NCBI GenBank assembly: GCA_964547905.1
Contig: CAZJPN010000040.1
Span: 4,067 to 68,066 of the forward strand
Length of the DNA: 64,000 nucleotides
Direction: 5' to 3'
Origin: an uncultured Pseudomonadota bacterium
Lineage (GTDB): Bacteria; JAMCPX01
Shown: positions 47,364 to 56,876 of the stretch, one piece after another
How positions within the stretch are numbered: position 1 is the stretch's first letter
How the letters are laid out: each line of letters opens with the position of its first letter
Translations under genes and position numbers: made by a program
Notes under the pieces: model-generated
What the model saw: the letters and a program-made list of their open reading frames with translations, nothing else
Told to the model about the DNA's origin: nothing
The model's database searches: none

Positions 47364-48068
47364 ATGAAGCTGTCTATTGTCGTGCCTGTTTATAACGAGA
47401 AGGATACCATCGAAAGCATTTTATCCAGAATCATGAACGCGGACGTATATAACATGGAAAGGGAGATCATTGTTGTTGATGATTTTTCGACCGATGGAAC
47501 AAGGGATATACTCGAGAAGTACAGGGGTACTGCTGTAAAGGTCTTTTATCAAGATAAGAACAAAGGCAAGGGCGCAGCTTTAAAAACGGGATTTAATAAG
47601 GTAACCGGAGATTTTGTTATAATACAGGATGCAGATCTTGAGTATGATCCAAAAGATTACGAAAAATTATTGAAGCCTTTGATAGACGGTAAGGCAGATG
47701 TTGTATACGGCTCAAGGTTTATGGGTGGAGAGCCGCATCGCGTAATATACTTCTGGCATTATCTCGGCAACAAATTTTTAACCATGTTTTCCAATATGTT
47801 CACCAATCTAAACCTTACGGATATGGAAACTTGTTACAAATTGTTCAGGAAAGGGGTGTTGGACAGAATTACCATAGAAGAGGATAGATTCGGGTTCGAA
47901 CCTGAAATCACAGCTAAGGTTTCTATGCTTGATGTTAGGATCTACGAGGTTGGCATATCTTACAGCGGCAGAAGTTATTCCGAAGGCAAGAAGATAGGTT
48001 TTAAAGACGGTTTTAGGACACTTTATGTTATAGTCAAATACGGATTGTTTAAGAGAAGGCCGTCGTAG
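47364..48068 (+). CDS. glycosyltransferase family 2 (polyprenyl-phosphate glycosyltransferase, DPM1/ArnC-like)
   Basis: 234 aa with LSIVVPVYNE, VVDDFSTDGT and QDADLEYDP (DxD). Confidence 0.8.
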   Translation: MKLSIVVPVYNEKDTIESILSRIMNADVYNMEREIIVVDDFSTDGTRDILEKYRGTAVKVFYQDKNKGKGAALKTGFNKVTGDFVIIQDADLEYDPKDYEKLLKPLIDGKADVVYGSRFMGGEPHRVIYFWHYLGNKFLTMFSNMFTNLNLTDMETCYKLFRKGVLDRITIEEDRFGFEPEITAKVSMLDVRIYEVGISYSGRSYSEGKKIGFKDGFRTLYVIVKYGLFKRRPS

Positions 48069-48071
48069 CTT

Positions 48072-48098
48072 CAACCCCTAAAAACGTAGTGGGGGGTT
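48072..48098. terminator. possible bidirectional terminator hairpin between convergent genes (AACCCC...GGGGTT)
   Basis: A 6-bp GC stem with a 14-nt loop spanning the stop of the minus-strand acyl-CoA dehydrogenase. Weak. Confidence 0.25.
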
Positions 48099-49296
48099 AT
48101 TCGAATGCCTTAATGCCTGTTATATGTTCTCCGAGTATAAGCGTATGTATGTTATGTGTACCCTCGTAGGTGTACACGCTTTCAAGATTATTCATGTGCC
48201 TCATGCATTGGTAATCATCGGTTATTCCGTTTGCTCCGAGTATGTCACGACAGCTCCTTGCGATCTCGAGTGCGATTTTTACATTGTTCAACTTTGCAAG
48301 TGAGACATGATAATGTTTCCAACTGCCGTTGTCCTGCATTTTACCAAGGCGCCACACGAGAAGCTGTGCCTTCGTTATTTCGGATAGCATCCACACGAGC
48401 TTTTCCTGTATAAGTTGATACCCTGCGATTGGCTTTGAGAATTGTATCCGTTCCTTCGCATAGTCAAGTGCCTCTTCATAGCATGCCATAGCAGCACCGA
48501 GTGCACCCCATGCAATGCTGTATCGTGCGTGCATAAGACAGGTAAGCGGAGATTTAAGTCCGCCACTCTTCGACAGGATATGGTCTTCGGGGATTCTGCA
48601 TTCATCGAAGTTTAACTCTGATGTTACCGATGCCCGCATTGATAACTTACCGTGTATGTCCTTTGAAGTAAAACCTGGAGTACCTTTTTCAACAAGGAAT
48701 CCTTTTATGCTCCTGGGATCGTCTTTTTTTGTTTTTGCCCATACAACAACGATATCCGCCACAGAACCATTTGTTATCCACATTTTCGAGCCGTTCAGTA
48801 TATAATGGTTGCCTTCTTTTATCGCTGTGGTGCGCATACCCGAAGGGTTTGAGCCAAAGTCAGGTTCTGTTAGTCCGAAACATCCTATTTTCTCACCACT
48901 GGCAAGCTGTGGTAGCCAGTGGTTTTTCTGTTCTTCACTGCCAAATTCGTGTATTGCTGTCATGGCAAGCGAACTCTGTACGGATGCAAAGCTCCTTAAG
49001 CCCGAGTCGCCCCTTTCAAGCTCCTGCATCATTAACCCGTACGATATGCCGCTTACCTTGTTACACCCATAGCCTTCAATGCTGGCACCAAATACACCAA
49101 GTTTTCCGAGACCGGGAACGAGCTCCATAGGAAAACTGGCGTCCCTGAATGACTGCTGTATTTTAGGCATAAATTCCTTGTCAACAAATTCTCTGACGCT
49201 CTGCCTGGTGAGACGTTCTTCTTCAGACAATAAATCATCGAGTATATAGAAGTCTGTTCCTTTAAATTGTTTCATAATAAAAATTTTTTTTAGCAC
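48097..49296 (-). CDS. acyl-CoA dehydrogenase, glutaryl-CoA dehydrogenase-like
   Basis: 399 aa with ACAD N-terminal, middle and C-terminal domains ([21 protein letters not shown]...). Start may be M8. Confidence 0.8.
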   Translation of the reverse strand: MLKKIFIMKQFKGTDFYILDDLLSEEERLTRQSVREFVDKEFMPKIQQSFRDASFPMELVPGLGKLGVFGASIEGYGCNKVSGISYGLMMQELERGDSGLRSFASVQSSLAMTAIHEFGSEEQKNHWLPQLASGEKIGCFGLTEPDFGSNPSGMRTTAIKEGNHYILNGSKMWITNGSVADIVVVWAKTKKDDPRSIKGFLVEKGTPGFTSKDIHGKLSMRASVTSELNFDECRIPEDHILSKSGGLKSPLTCLMHARYSIAWGALGAAMACYEEALDYAKERIQFSKPIAGYQLIQEKLVWMLSEITKAQLLVWRLGKMQDNGSWKHYHVSLAKLNNVKIALEIARSCRDILGANGITDDYQCMRHMNNLESVYTYEGTHNIHTLILGEHITGIKAFE

Positions 49297-49324
49297 ATAT
49301 GACGGTATAAGTCAAATTCCTGGG

Positions 49325-49834
49325 TTATAATATCTCAACAATACAAATAATGACCATGATTATTGCGACCATGCCTTTGAAGATTGTACCTTTTAGTCTT
49401 CCTATTGCAGACACCCATCCTTTATGTGCCGCATCAAGTGTCTGCCTGCTCTCCATTATTGATACGATGAAGGCACCCGTAAAAGTTCCCAATGCAGCAC
49501 CGATTATCGCACCAATACCGAGCAACAGAGGAGCCAGTACAATAGATCCTGCGATGCCTCCTATTATAGATACGATCACAGCCTTCCGCGATACCCCTGC
49601 CTTTGAGGCATCTTTTATACCGAACAGTATCTCCCCCAATTCTGCTAATAGCGTAAGCACCGCTAATATAATAACCGTTATCCAGCCGATATAATGTGCC
49701 TTTGTTATAAGAACGAATAGGAATACAGCGATAAAGGATATGAGCGTACCAGGCATACCGAACACAATGGAGATCGTCGATACGATCATAATTGAGAAGA
49801 GCAGTATTGTTAAAAAGATATGAAAAGCTGTCAT
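49325..49834 (-). CDS. DUF456-like integral membrane protein
   Basis: 169 aa with four or five TM helices and Gly-rich GGIAGS/GIGAIIGAALG segments. Confidence 0.45.
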   Translation of the reverse strand: MTAFHIFLTILLFSIMIVSTISIVFGMPGTLISFIAVFLFVLITKAHYIGWITVIILAVLTLLAELGEILFGIKDASKAGVSRKAVIVSIIGGIAGSIVLAPLLLGIGAIIGAALGTFTGAFIVSIMESRQTLDAAHKGWVSAIGRLKGTIFKGMVAIIMVIICIVEIL

Positions 49835-49873
49835 AATTTATCCTCTCTTAAAGAGTTCTATTCGGCTATAAGC

Positions 49874-50713
49874 TTACACTATTTTCTTTTCTATGTTGCC
49901 GAGCAGCTTGATAATCTGAGCGATTGTCTTTTTGATCACCTTTCTTTCGACAACCATATCGATCATACCGTGTTCAAGCAGAAACTCGGCCCTTTGAAAA
50001 CCTTCGGGTAATTTTTGCCCGATTGTGTCGGATATAACCCTTGGTCCTGCAAATCCTATGAGAGCCTTTGGTTCGGCAATGATAATATCCGCTATGCTTG
50101 CAAAGCTTGCAGCAACCCCTCCTGTTGTCGGATCTGTAAGCAGGGTAATATAAAGGGTTTTACTGTTGTTCAACCTGCTTAAAGCTGCGTTTGTTTTAGC
50201 CATTTGTAAAAGTGAAAATATGCCTTCCTGCATCCTTGCTCCGCCAGAAGATGTTACGATGAGTAAATTTGATTGTTCTTCGGTTGCACGTTCTATCAAC
50301 CTTGTGATTTTTTCTCCAACAACGCTGCCCATACTTCCGCCCATAAAATTAAAATCAAAAATACCTATGTTAACAAAAAGATCGTTTATTGTGCCGTATC
50401 CCGTGACAACTGCATCTTTTATTCCGGCTTGTTTCTGGGTTTCCTTTAATTTATCTCTGTATCTTGTTTTATCTTTGAAATCCAGAGGATCGATTGACTC
50501 GACATCATGCCATAACTCGTGAAAGCTCTTTTGATCTATGAGTATATCAATCCACTCCTGCGATGATAATCTGAAATGATAGTTGCATTTCGGACAAACT
50601 TTGAGATTTTTTTCAACCTCTTTTCTATAGATGATCTCGCCGCAGTTATTACACTTGATCCATAGACCGTCAAGGCTGTTTTTTGTTTTATTATCTGAAC
50701 TAAATAGAGGCAT
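49874..50713 (-). CDS. accD: acetyl-CoA carboxylase carboxyltransferase subunit beta
   Basis: 279 aa with an N-terminal zinc ribbon (CNNCGEIIY...CPKCNYH) and the carboxyltransferase domain. Confidence 0.9.
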   Translation of the reverse strand: MPLFSSDNKTKNSLDGLWIKCNNCGEIIYRKEVEKNLKVCPKCNYHFRLSSQEWIDILIDQKSFHELWHDVESIDPLDFKDKTRYRDKLKETQKQAGIKDAVVTGYGTINDLFVNIGIFDFNFMGGSMGSVVGEKITRLIERATEEQSNLLIVTSSGGARMQEGIFSLLQMAKTNAALSRLNNSKTLYITLLTDPTTGGVAASFASIADIIIAEPKALIGFAGPRVISDTIGQKLPEGFQRAEFLLEHGMIDMVVERKVIKKTIAQIIKLLGNIEKKIV

Positions 50714-50916
50714 TTATATCTTTATAAACTGATTAGGTTTTACAGTTTAAATGTACTGTAGGTTTTTTCGTTTTGCAAGTAATTTGCTAAGCATTTTATC
50801 AACTTTTTTTCCATCAAAGATCCTCTATCAAAATCAAAATAATACATGGGTAAGGTTAATGCCTGTCATAACGCGCTCTTTTGTTTAATAGCACACTTTA
50901 AGGTTATCGTGCAAAG

Positions 50917-52218
50917 TTAGTGTCCAAGCCTTGGCACCACATACTTTGAATAAATGTACGAGAGAACAAAACCGGTGACAAAAAGTATCAAAACGTATTT
51001 TGAAGACGATGCAAGAATGCCGAGCGTGAGCAACAAAAATACTATACCGGTGAACAGCGGGATGATGATCCCGCCCTTTATCCTGAATATCCGGGCTGTA
51101 TCCTTTTCCCTATAACGCAGAGCAATAACAGAAAATGAGATGATGGCATACACGAGTGTTTCTATGGATGCAGCGACAAGTATAGGCACAAGGAATGCCT
51201 TTGGATGAAAAGCAATGGTAACCGAAAACGCGGCGATGATTGAGAATATAATCAACAGTGCGATCCATGGGGTAAAATATTTGGGATGGAGTTTACTCAT
51301 AAATTTAGGAAAACTCCCTTCCCTTGCAAGGGCATAAATAAGCCTTGAGTTCCCCATGACCCCTGCGTTGAAGGAGGTCATTGTTGCGAGAAAGCTGATG
51401 CCGGCCATTATATAAAGCCCGATCTTTCCTGCAAGAGTTTGTCCAAAGATCAGATGCGGTATTGGAGAATGGACTACCTGACTGAGAGGTACAATGCCCA
51501 TGGTAGCATAGGCGAATAATGCGAATGTCACCGTCAGTAGTCCTACGGATAGGGGCAGGGAGTACGAAAGTACTGATTTGCCCGAAGCCACCTCTTCCGC
51601 AAGCGGTGTTGTCCATTCAAAACCTGTATAAACGAATATAGCGGTTGCAACAGCAGTACCGAACCCGCCGATGCCGGCAGGTGCGAATGGAACAGAGGCT
51701 ACACTAAAATGTGATGAAAATATCGCGTAAAGAGACAATCCTATAATGCCCGCAAACATCACGTACGTAAGTATGTCTTGTAATGCACCCGCTATCTCAA
51801 CACCGAGTATGTTCATGATTATGGCAACGATAAGGAATATAAGTACCCACAGCCTTGCTGATAGGGCAGGGGACAGGGCATGGAGTACCGCTGAGAAGAT
51901 GTATGTCTCGGCAGATGCTATAATAATGGAAAAGAACACATAGAAGATTGTTATCGTTAATGAGGGAGTATCTCCGAAAGCCTTTTTTGTATAAACCCTC
52001 ACGCCTGCTGCAGTCGGGTACATACCTGCAAGCTCTGCAAAAGACAGCGCGACCAGACCCGTAACAATGCCGGCACATATAATAACGAATACGATTGCCC
52101 AGCCCCCGACCTGCGATGCTGCCTTTATCAGTGCGGGAAAATCGCTCGATGCAAGAGCAATGCCCGCACTTGCAGATACAAGGGTTCTCATGTGAAGCGC
52201 TTTTTTGAGCTGCGGCAT
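50917..52218 (-). CDS. APC-family amino acid/polyamine permease
   Basis: 433 aa with 12 TM helices and APC-type N-terminal sequence. Confidence 0.8.
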   Translation of the reverse strand: MPQLKKALHMRTLVSASAGIALASSDFPALIKAASQVGGWAIVFVIICAGIVTGLVALSFAELAGMYPTAAGVRVYTKKAFGDTPSLTITIFYVFFSIIIASAETYIFSAVLHALSPALSARLWVLIFLIVAIIMNILGVEIAGALQDILTYVMFAGIIGLSLYAIFSSHFSVASVPFAPAGIGGFGTAVATAIFVYTGFEWTTPLAEEVASGKSVLSYSLPLSVGLLTVTFALFAYATMGIVPLSQVVHSPIPHLIFGQTLAGKIGLYIMAGISFLATMTSFNAGVMGNSRLIYALAREGSFPKFMSKLHPKYFTPWIALLIIFSIIAAFSVTIAFHPKAFLVPILVAASIETLVYAIISFSVIALRYREKDTARIFRIKGGIIIPLFTGIVFLLLTLGILASSSKYVLILFVTGFVLSYIYSKYVVPRLGH

Positions 52219-52220
52219 GA

Positions 52221-52574
52221 TTATTTCCAGACAATATCAACTATGGAATCAAGAACCATCTGATCCTTTTGTGAAGCAAACACCTTTAATGTGCCGTCGA
52301 GGTACAGTCGTGAAGGGTTTGCCTTGCCTGTAAAGATGTCATTTATGACATCCGCATTTGCCGATAAGGTTATGTCCGCATTCGGGGTGTCCTCAAGTTT
52401 TACATCAACCACGGTTCCCTTCTCTACCTTCAGTGTTGCAACTGCCTCTGGGTCTTTTGTCTTGACGACAAGGAGCTTCGACCATCCCTTCAGGATTTTC
52501 TTCAATGTCATATTTTCATTAACCTTTTTTACGAATGTATTGAGCGTGCTTATCAGTGTTTCCAATGTGACCAT
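52221..52574 (-). CDS. SCP2 (sterol carrier protein 2-like) domain protein
   Basis: 117 aa. ADITLSANADVINDIFTGKANPSRLYLDGTLKVFASQKD matches the SCP2 core. Confidence 0.7.
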   Translation of the reverse strand: MVTLETLISTLNTFVKKVNENMTLKKILKGWSKLLVVKTKDPEAVATLKVEKGTVVDVKLEDTPNADITLSANADVINDIFTGKANPSRLYLDGTLKVFASQKDQMVLDSIVDIVWK

Positions 52575-52583
52575 GATACCTCC

Positions 52584-53690
52584 TTACATCTCCTCGATTT
52601 CTATGTCCCGTTTTTTCAGTTCTTCTATGAAGTGTTCCGGCTGGATGCATGCCTCTGCGGGGATTACGCCGGTCTGCTTGATCATACCCTTTGCCATCAT
52701 TTGTGCGCCGATAGAAGCAGGTATACCGGTAAGCCTGCTCATGCTGTCAATGGCGCCCCATGAGTATGTTTTGGGCTTGCCTGATTTTGTCCCGTGTACA
52801 TCAACCCTCAAGCCCGATACAGGCAGGGGCTTGTCCTTGGAACCGAATATATTCGAAAGTACGGCAAGGTCTCCGCTCAGAAATTCGCTTACCGCATGAA
52901 GCTTCTTCTCTGTTGATACCGCATCCGTATCAACGAGGAACTTACCGAGCTTATTTATGTCCTTCGGGAGCAGTGTACCTTTTAAGGTAACATTGCAAAC
53001 ACCCTTGATATATCGTGGTATTGTAACGGGCTCCGGATGGCCCACATAATAGGCGTTCTGCACGCCTATTGGTTCCGGGAATTTTACATCTTCATTGCCC
53101 GACAGTGCGTTTACGTCGATCCACTGATGGTCCTCATAACTTGGAGCTGTACCCTGGATGACATGGAACACGTGCTTTGTAACAGCCAGCCCCTCTGAAT
53201 CGGCAATAGAGCCGACCCAGTAGATATTGATCGATTCCACCGTATCGAGCTTGTCCGCCCCGTATCGTGCAAGCACATTTGTTATGCCCGGGGTCCAGCC
53301 CATGCCTATAAGCGCTGTGACATTGTTTGAACGCGCCATATCGCTGTACGAGAGTGCACGTTCGGTTGCATCGTGGTCATCGCATATATCGACATAGCCG
53401 ACGCCGGATTCTATTGCCAGTGGTAATATGACCTTCTCATATTTGTAGAACGGACCTACGCAATTGACAACGACATTTGCTCCTTTCAGTATCCTCAGGA
53501 CATTATCACGTTTGTTAACATCGCATTGTTCAACCGAAATATTGGGCAGACCTATTGATTTTGCCTTCTTCTCCGCAACATCCTTTCTGAGATCGACGAT
53601 GATAACCCTGCTCTCAGGTGAGAACCGAGCAAGATCAGCAACAACCTCACTACCCATATCTCCAGCACCGCCGAGTACGACAAATTTCAT
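52584..53690 (-). CDS. saccharopine dehydrogenase-family NAD(P)-binding oxidoreductase
   Basis: Start moved to MKFVVLGGAGDMGSEV with AGGAGG 4 nt upstream. Rossmann N-domain plus the saccharopine-DH C-domain. Confidence 0.75.
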   Translation of the reverse strand: MKFVVLGGAGDMGSEVVADLARFSPESRVIIVDLRKDVAEKKAKSIGLPNISVEQCDVNKRDNVLRILKGANVVVNCVGPFYKYEKVILPLAIESGVGYVDICDDHDATERALSYSDMARSNNVTALIGMGWTPGITNVLARYGADKLDTVESINIYWVGSIADSEGLAVTKHVFHVIQGTAPSYEDHQWIDVNALSGNEDVKFPEPIGVQNAYYVGHPEPVTIPRYIKGVCNVTLKGTLLPKDINKLGKFLVDTDAVSTEKKLHAVSEFLSGDLAVLSNIFGSKDKPLPVSGLRVDVHGTKSGKPKTYSWGAIDSMSRLTGIPASIGAQMMAKGMIKQTGVIPAEACIQPEHFIEELKKRDIEIEEM

Positions 53691-53846
53691 ACAGCCTCCT
53701 TTTGGGTGAGCGATATTCATTGTTGGAAGTATGCTATATTTATTAGCATTGATAAGGCAGAGAAAGCAATATAATTTTAAGGCACTTGCTCATATAGAGT
53801 GGGTAAGATCAATATTTCCTACCCTTTGACGGTCTTCCCTTTCTTA

Positions 53847-53942
53847 TCTCCCTCCCTTAATGGGAGGGATTAAGGGAGAGTGAATTTTTCTGCCAATTAC
53901 CCCCACCCTGCCCCTCCCCCCGTCAAGGGGGGAGGGGACAAC
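53847..53942. repeat. GC-rich palindromic repeat element, copy B
   Basis: TCCCTCCC-TTAAT-GGGAGGGA, then TAAGGGAGAG...CTGCCAATTACCCCCACC..., then CCCCTCCCCCC-GTCAA-GGGGGGAGGGG (a perfect 11-bp stem). Collinear with copy A at 1971-2062. Confidence 0.5.
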
Positions 53943-54103
53943 TAAGATATAGCTCTATCAGGAGAATATTTGCCCACTCATGGTGAGAAAGAACTTACAA
54001 TTTTAATTGGCGGGGAAAGTTTTAAACGGGTTCATCATATGAATATTCTTCCTTTCTAATAATGAAGCAGAGTTCCACAAGCTTGCCAGAGGATATCTAC
54101 TGC

Positions 54104-54140
54104 GTATCATATAAAAATCTTCCCACTGTATCATATAAAT
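54104..54140. repeat. 12-nt direct repeat GTATCATATAAA x2 (24-nt spacing) upstream of the lipase lipoprotein gene
   Basis: Seen directly. Each copy contains a TATAAA -10-like hexamer. Confidence 0.35.
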
Positions 54141-54196
54141 GCTATACACAATATTATTAGGATAAGAACCCGAAGATTTCTCTATAAGGAGGGTTT

Positions 54197-55846
54197 ATGA
54201 GAATAAGGCTTATACTATCGATAGGTTTAATCGCTTCTCTGATGCTCGCATGCTCCAGCAGCAGTACAACTCAATCATCACCCGTTGTAATCAGCAATTA
54301 CCATGTGGCTACAAATTTCACGGTAACGGCAAACCCTTATGGCCCATCACCTACGCCCGCTCAGCTTAATTATGCGGTGTTTACAAGGTATCGTTACAAC
54401 CCGGAGCCAGCCCAGATAAAAGCAATACTTGTACTCATGCCTGGATTTTTTGGCGGTGCGGGTGATTTTGATGAGATGGCAAGGACCATAGTCCAGATGG
54501 GAAAAGGCGACATTGAGGTATGGGCTGTTGACAGGAGGTCAGTTTTGCTTGACGACTTTACAGGCATGAAGGAGGCATGGAATAAACAAGATCCTTCCAT
54601 TGCTTTAGGCTATTATTTCAGCGGGGCAACTATTAACGGCAAAACATACGCAGGTGCCCCACCTATAGCGTCCATATCATACATGTCTGAATGGGGGATT
54701 GACATGACACTGCGGGATTTGAATACAATTATCTCACTCGTTCCTCAACAGTATCGCAAAACAAATCTCTTCCTGGGCGGGCATTCTCTGGGCGCATTCA
54801 TTGCACAGGATTATGCCGCGTATGATTTCGGAGATTATCCCACAACTACAGATGCAGGTTACAATAACATCGCAGGCGTTATCCTGCTTGACGGCGGAGG
54901 ATCAAACCTTTTCGCCACCACTCCAACAGAGGGGGCATATCTTACAGGGAGCGGCATTCCATCAAGTTTCTTTGGAGTATCTTACAATTTGCCAAGTGTA
55001 AACGGCCTCGAGGCAGACCCTTCTTCTGTTATGGTCGTAAACCTGCTGGGCCAGCTAATCGGTCCTGTGTTTTTAAACATGTTTACCTTTGTTCAGATAG
55101 AAGGCATGTACGCCCTGCTTGAGCCAAACCAATTATCACCCATGCTCCAGTATTCTGATTTCCAGCTTATTGCTCTTGGTTTACTCGGTAATATGCAGTT
55201 CAAGGCAACAAACCAGGCAATGCTCGGGTTTGCAATGGACAGGAATTTCAGCCCTATCAGCATCATGACGGCGACCCTTGGGAGCGCAAACGGCCCGCTT
55301 ACAACAACAACCACAAACCCTTTCTTTCCGGGAATACCCATATCTCAGCCCACGGATAAAGGTACCATGACCTACACATGGAACAGTCAGAATCATATAA
55401 CGAGTATTACGGATCTTGCTGCTGTACTTTCAAATACCTACACAACCATGTCAGAGCGGTATTTTCCTACCAGGCTGCTGCTGGACTCGCTTGCGCTGGC
55501 TGATTACGGGCCAACACAAATGACAAATTGGAGGTATCAGCAGGGTATGCATGTACTCTATACGCCGGAGATGGATGCTCCTGTGCTTGCATTCGGTGGA
55601 GGTGCAGGTGTTGAACAGACTACAACAGATTTTAATCAATACATGGGGCTTCTTCCGCCTGCGCGCGGTTGTAATGGCCAGCCGAGGGCTGCATGCGGTT
55701 TCGATATACATATCATGCCCAATTATACACACCTTGATGTACTGCTTTCTGACCCGACATTAACCAGTGATAATGTCGATGCGATGATATATAACTGGAT
55801 CATGAGTCATACAGCCGGCAACCTTCCTGTACCATCATTACCCTGA
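54197..55846 (+). CDS. secreted lipoprotein, alpha/beta-hydrolase lipase/esterase
   Basis: Signal peptide plus lipobox (SLMLAC). GHSLGA nucleophile elbow (GxSxG). AAGGAGG RBS upstream. Confidence 0.65.
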   Translation: MRIRLILSIGLIASLMLACSSSSTTQSSPVVISNYHVATNFTVTANPYGPSPTPAQLNYAVFTRYRYNPEPAQIKAILVLMPGFFGGAGDFDEMARTIVQMGKGDIEVWAVDRRSVLLDDFTGMKEAWNKQDPSIALGYYFSGATINGKTYAGAPPIASISYMSEWGIDMTLRDLNTIISLVPQQYRKTNLFLGGHSLGAFIAQDYAAYDFGDYPTTTDAGYNNIAGVILLDGGGSNLFATTPTEGAYLTGSGIPSSFFGVSYNLPSVNGLEADPSSVMVVNLLGQLIGPVFLNMFTFVQIEGMYALLEPNQLSPMLQYSDFQLIALGLLGNMQFKATNQAMLGFAMDRNFSPISIMTATLGSANGPLTTTTTNPFFPGIPISQPTDKGTMTYTWNSQNHITSITDLAAVLSNTYTTMSERYFPTRLLLDSLALADYGPTQMTNWRYQQGMHVLYTPEMDAPVLAFGGGAGVEQTTTDFNQYMGLLPPARGCNGQPRAACGFDIHIMPNYTHLDVLLSDPTLTSDNVDAMIYNWIMSHTAGNLPVPSLP

Positions 55847-55870
55847 AGAAACACGATGGGGTGAAAATAT

Positions 55871-56830
55871 TTATGCATGTTGGACAGGGGCTGAGTCATA
55901 TATCTGCGCCAGCCCCTGTTTCATGGTAATCCCGGTTTTCAAGCCGAGTATGTTTCGTGCCTTTGAAGTATCGTAGGTGTGATGCCGTTCAAAGAATTTA
56001 ACTTTATTGGTAAAAGGTTTTTTACCCTTTAAAGAAAATGGCCTGTCAGCAATTCTTGCGATCGGCATAATAAGCCATAGAGGTATGCTGATTATCATAC
56101 CTCTGTGCGTAAATGTCTTTATGAGCTTATACAGTTCTATCATCTCTATGGTTTCATCGGATGAAACATTGAATATGTTGTTATAAGCACGATCATTGTT
56201 TATGATGGAGATCAAAAAATCGGTAAGATCGTCAATATGAATCAACTGCCATTTGACAAGGCCCTTTCCTACAAGCGGCAATATGCCTATTTGTGACAAT
56301 TTTAATAGCTTAGATAGGACATGAGGTTCATCGCGGCCATACACTGCCGATGGTCTTATAATAGCTGCATTCAACCCGTTCTTTATATAGTTCTTTACTA
56401 CTTTTTCCGATTCTATTTTTGAAACACCATAATCGTTGTAAGCGGCATAAGGTAGTTCCTCATTCAATGGATATGGTCCATCATTGCCGCTGATTACAGC
56501 GATAGAACTGAGATAGATCATTCTTTTTATATGCATCTCTTTTGCAACGCTGCATACTTCCTCTGTCCCTCGGACGTTTATGTCCATCATTTCCTTTTTG
56601 CCGCCATTCACGACAGCAGCACAATGGTATAGAAGGTCACACGATTGAAAGGTTTCTTTTAGTAAATCTTTGTTGTGGATATCGCCATAGACCTTTTTAA
56701 TGGTTTTCGGGAGCGAAAGAGCCTTTTCGGGTGAATGTATAAGTCCGGAAACATCATGTCCCTGTTTAAAAAGTTTTACAGCGAGTGATTTTCCTATGAA
56801 TCCTGTTATGCCTGTAATGGCAATCTTCAT
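55871..56830 (-). CDS. NAD-dependent epimerase/dehydratase (extended SDR; 3beta-HSD/NAD(P)-binding family)
   Basis: 319 aa with GITGFIGKSL (GxxGxxG) and the catalytic YGVSK (YxxxK). Confidence 0.75.
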   Translation of the reverse strand: MKIAITGITGFIGKSLAVKLFKQGHDVSGLIHSPEKALSLPKTIKKVYGDIHNKDLLKETFQSCDLLYHCAAVVNGGKKEMMDINVRGTEEVCSVAKEMHIKRMIYLSSIAVISGNDGPYPLNEELPYAAYNDYGVSKIESEKVVKNYIKNGLNAAIIRPSAVYGRDEPHVLSKLLKLSQIGILPLVGKGLVKWQLIHIDDLTDFLISIINNDRAYNNIFNVSSDETIEMIELYKLIKTFTHRGMIISIPLWLIMPIARIADRPFSLKGKKPFTNKVKFFERHHTYDTSKARNILGLKTGITMKQGLAQIYDSAPVQHA

Positions 56831-56876
56831 ACGACAGTTTGTTTTTTTAGATCTGATCCTGGCAGGGCATATAAAT

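Noticed and set aside
47880-47900. tRNA-like T-arm motif GGGTTCGAACC
   Set aside because: It lies inside the GT2 coding sequence with no cloverleaf context.
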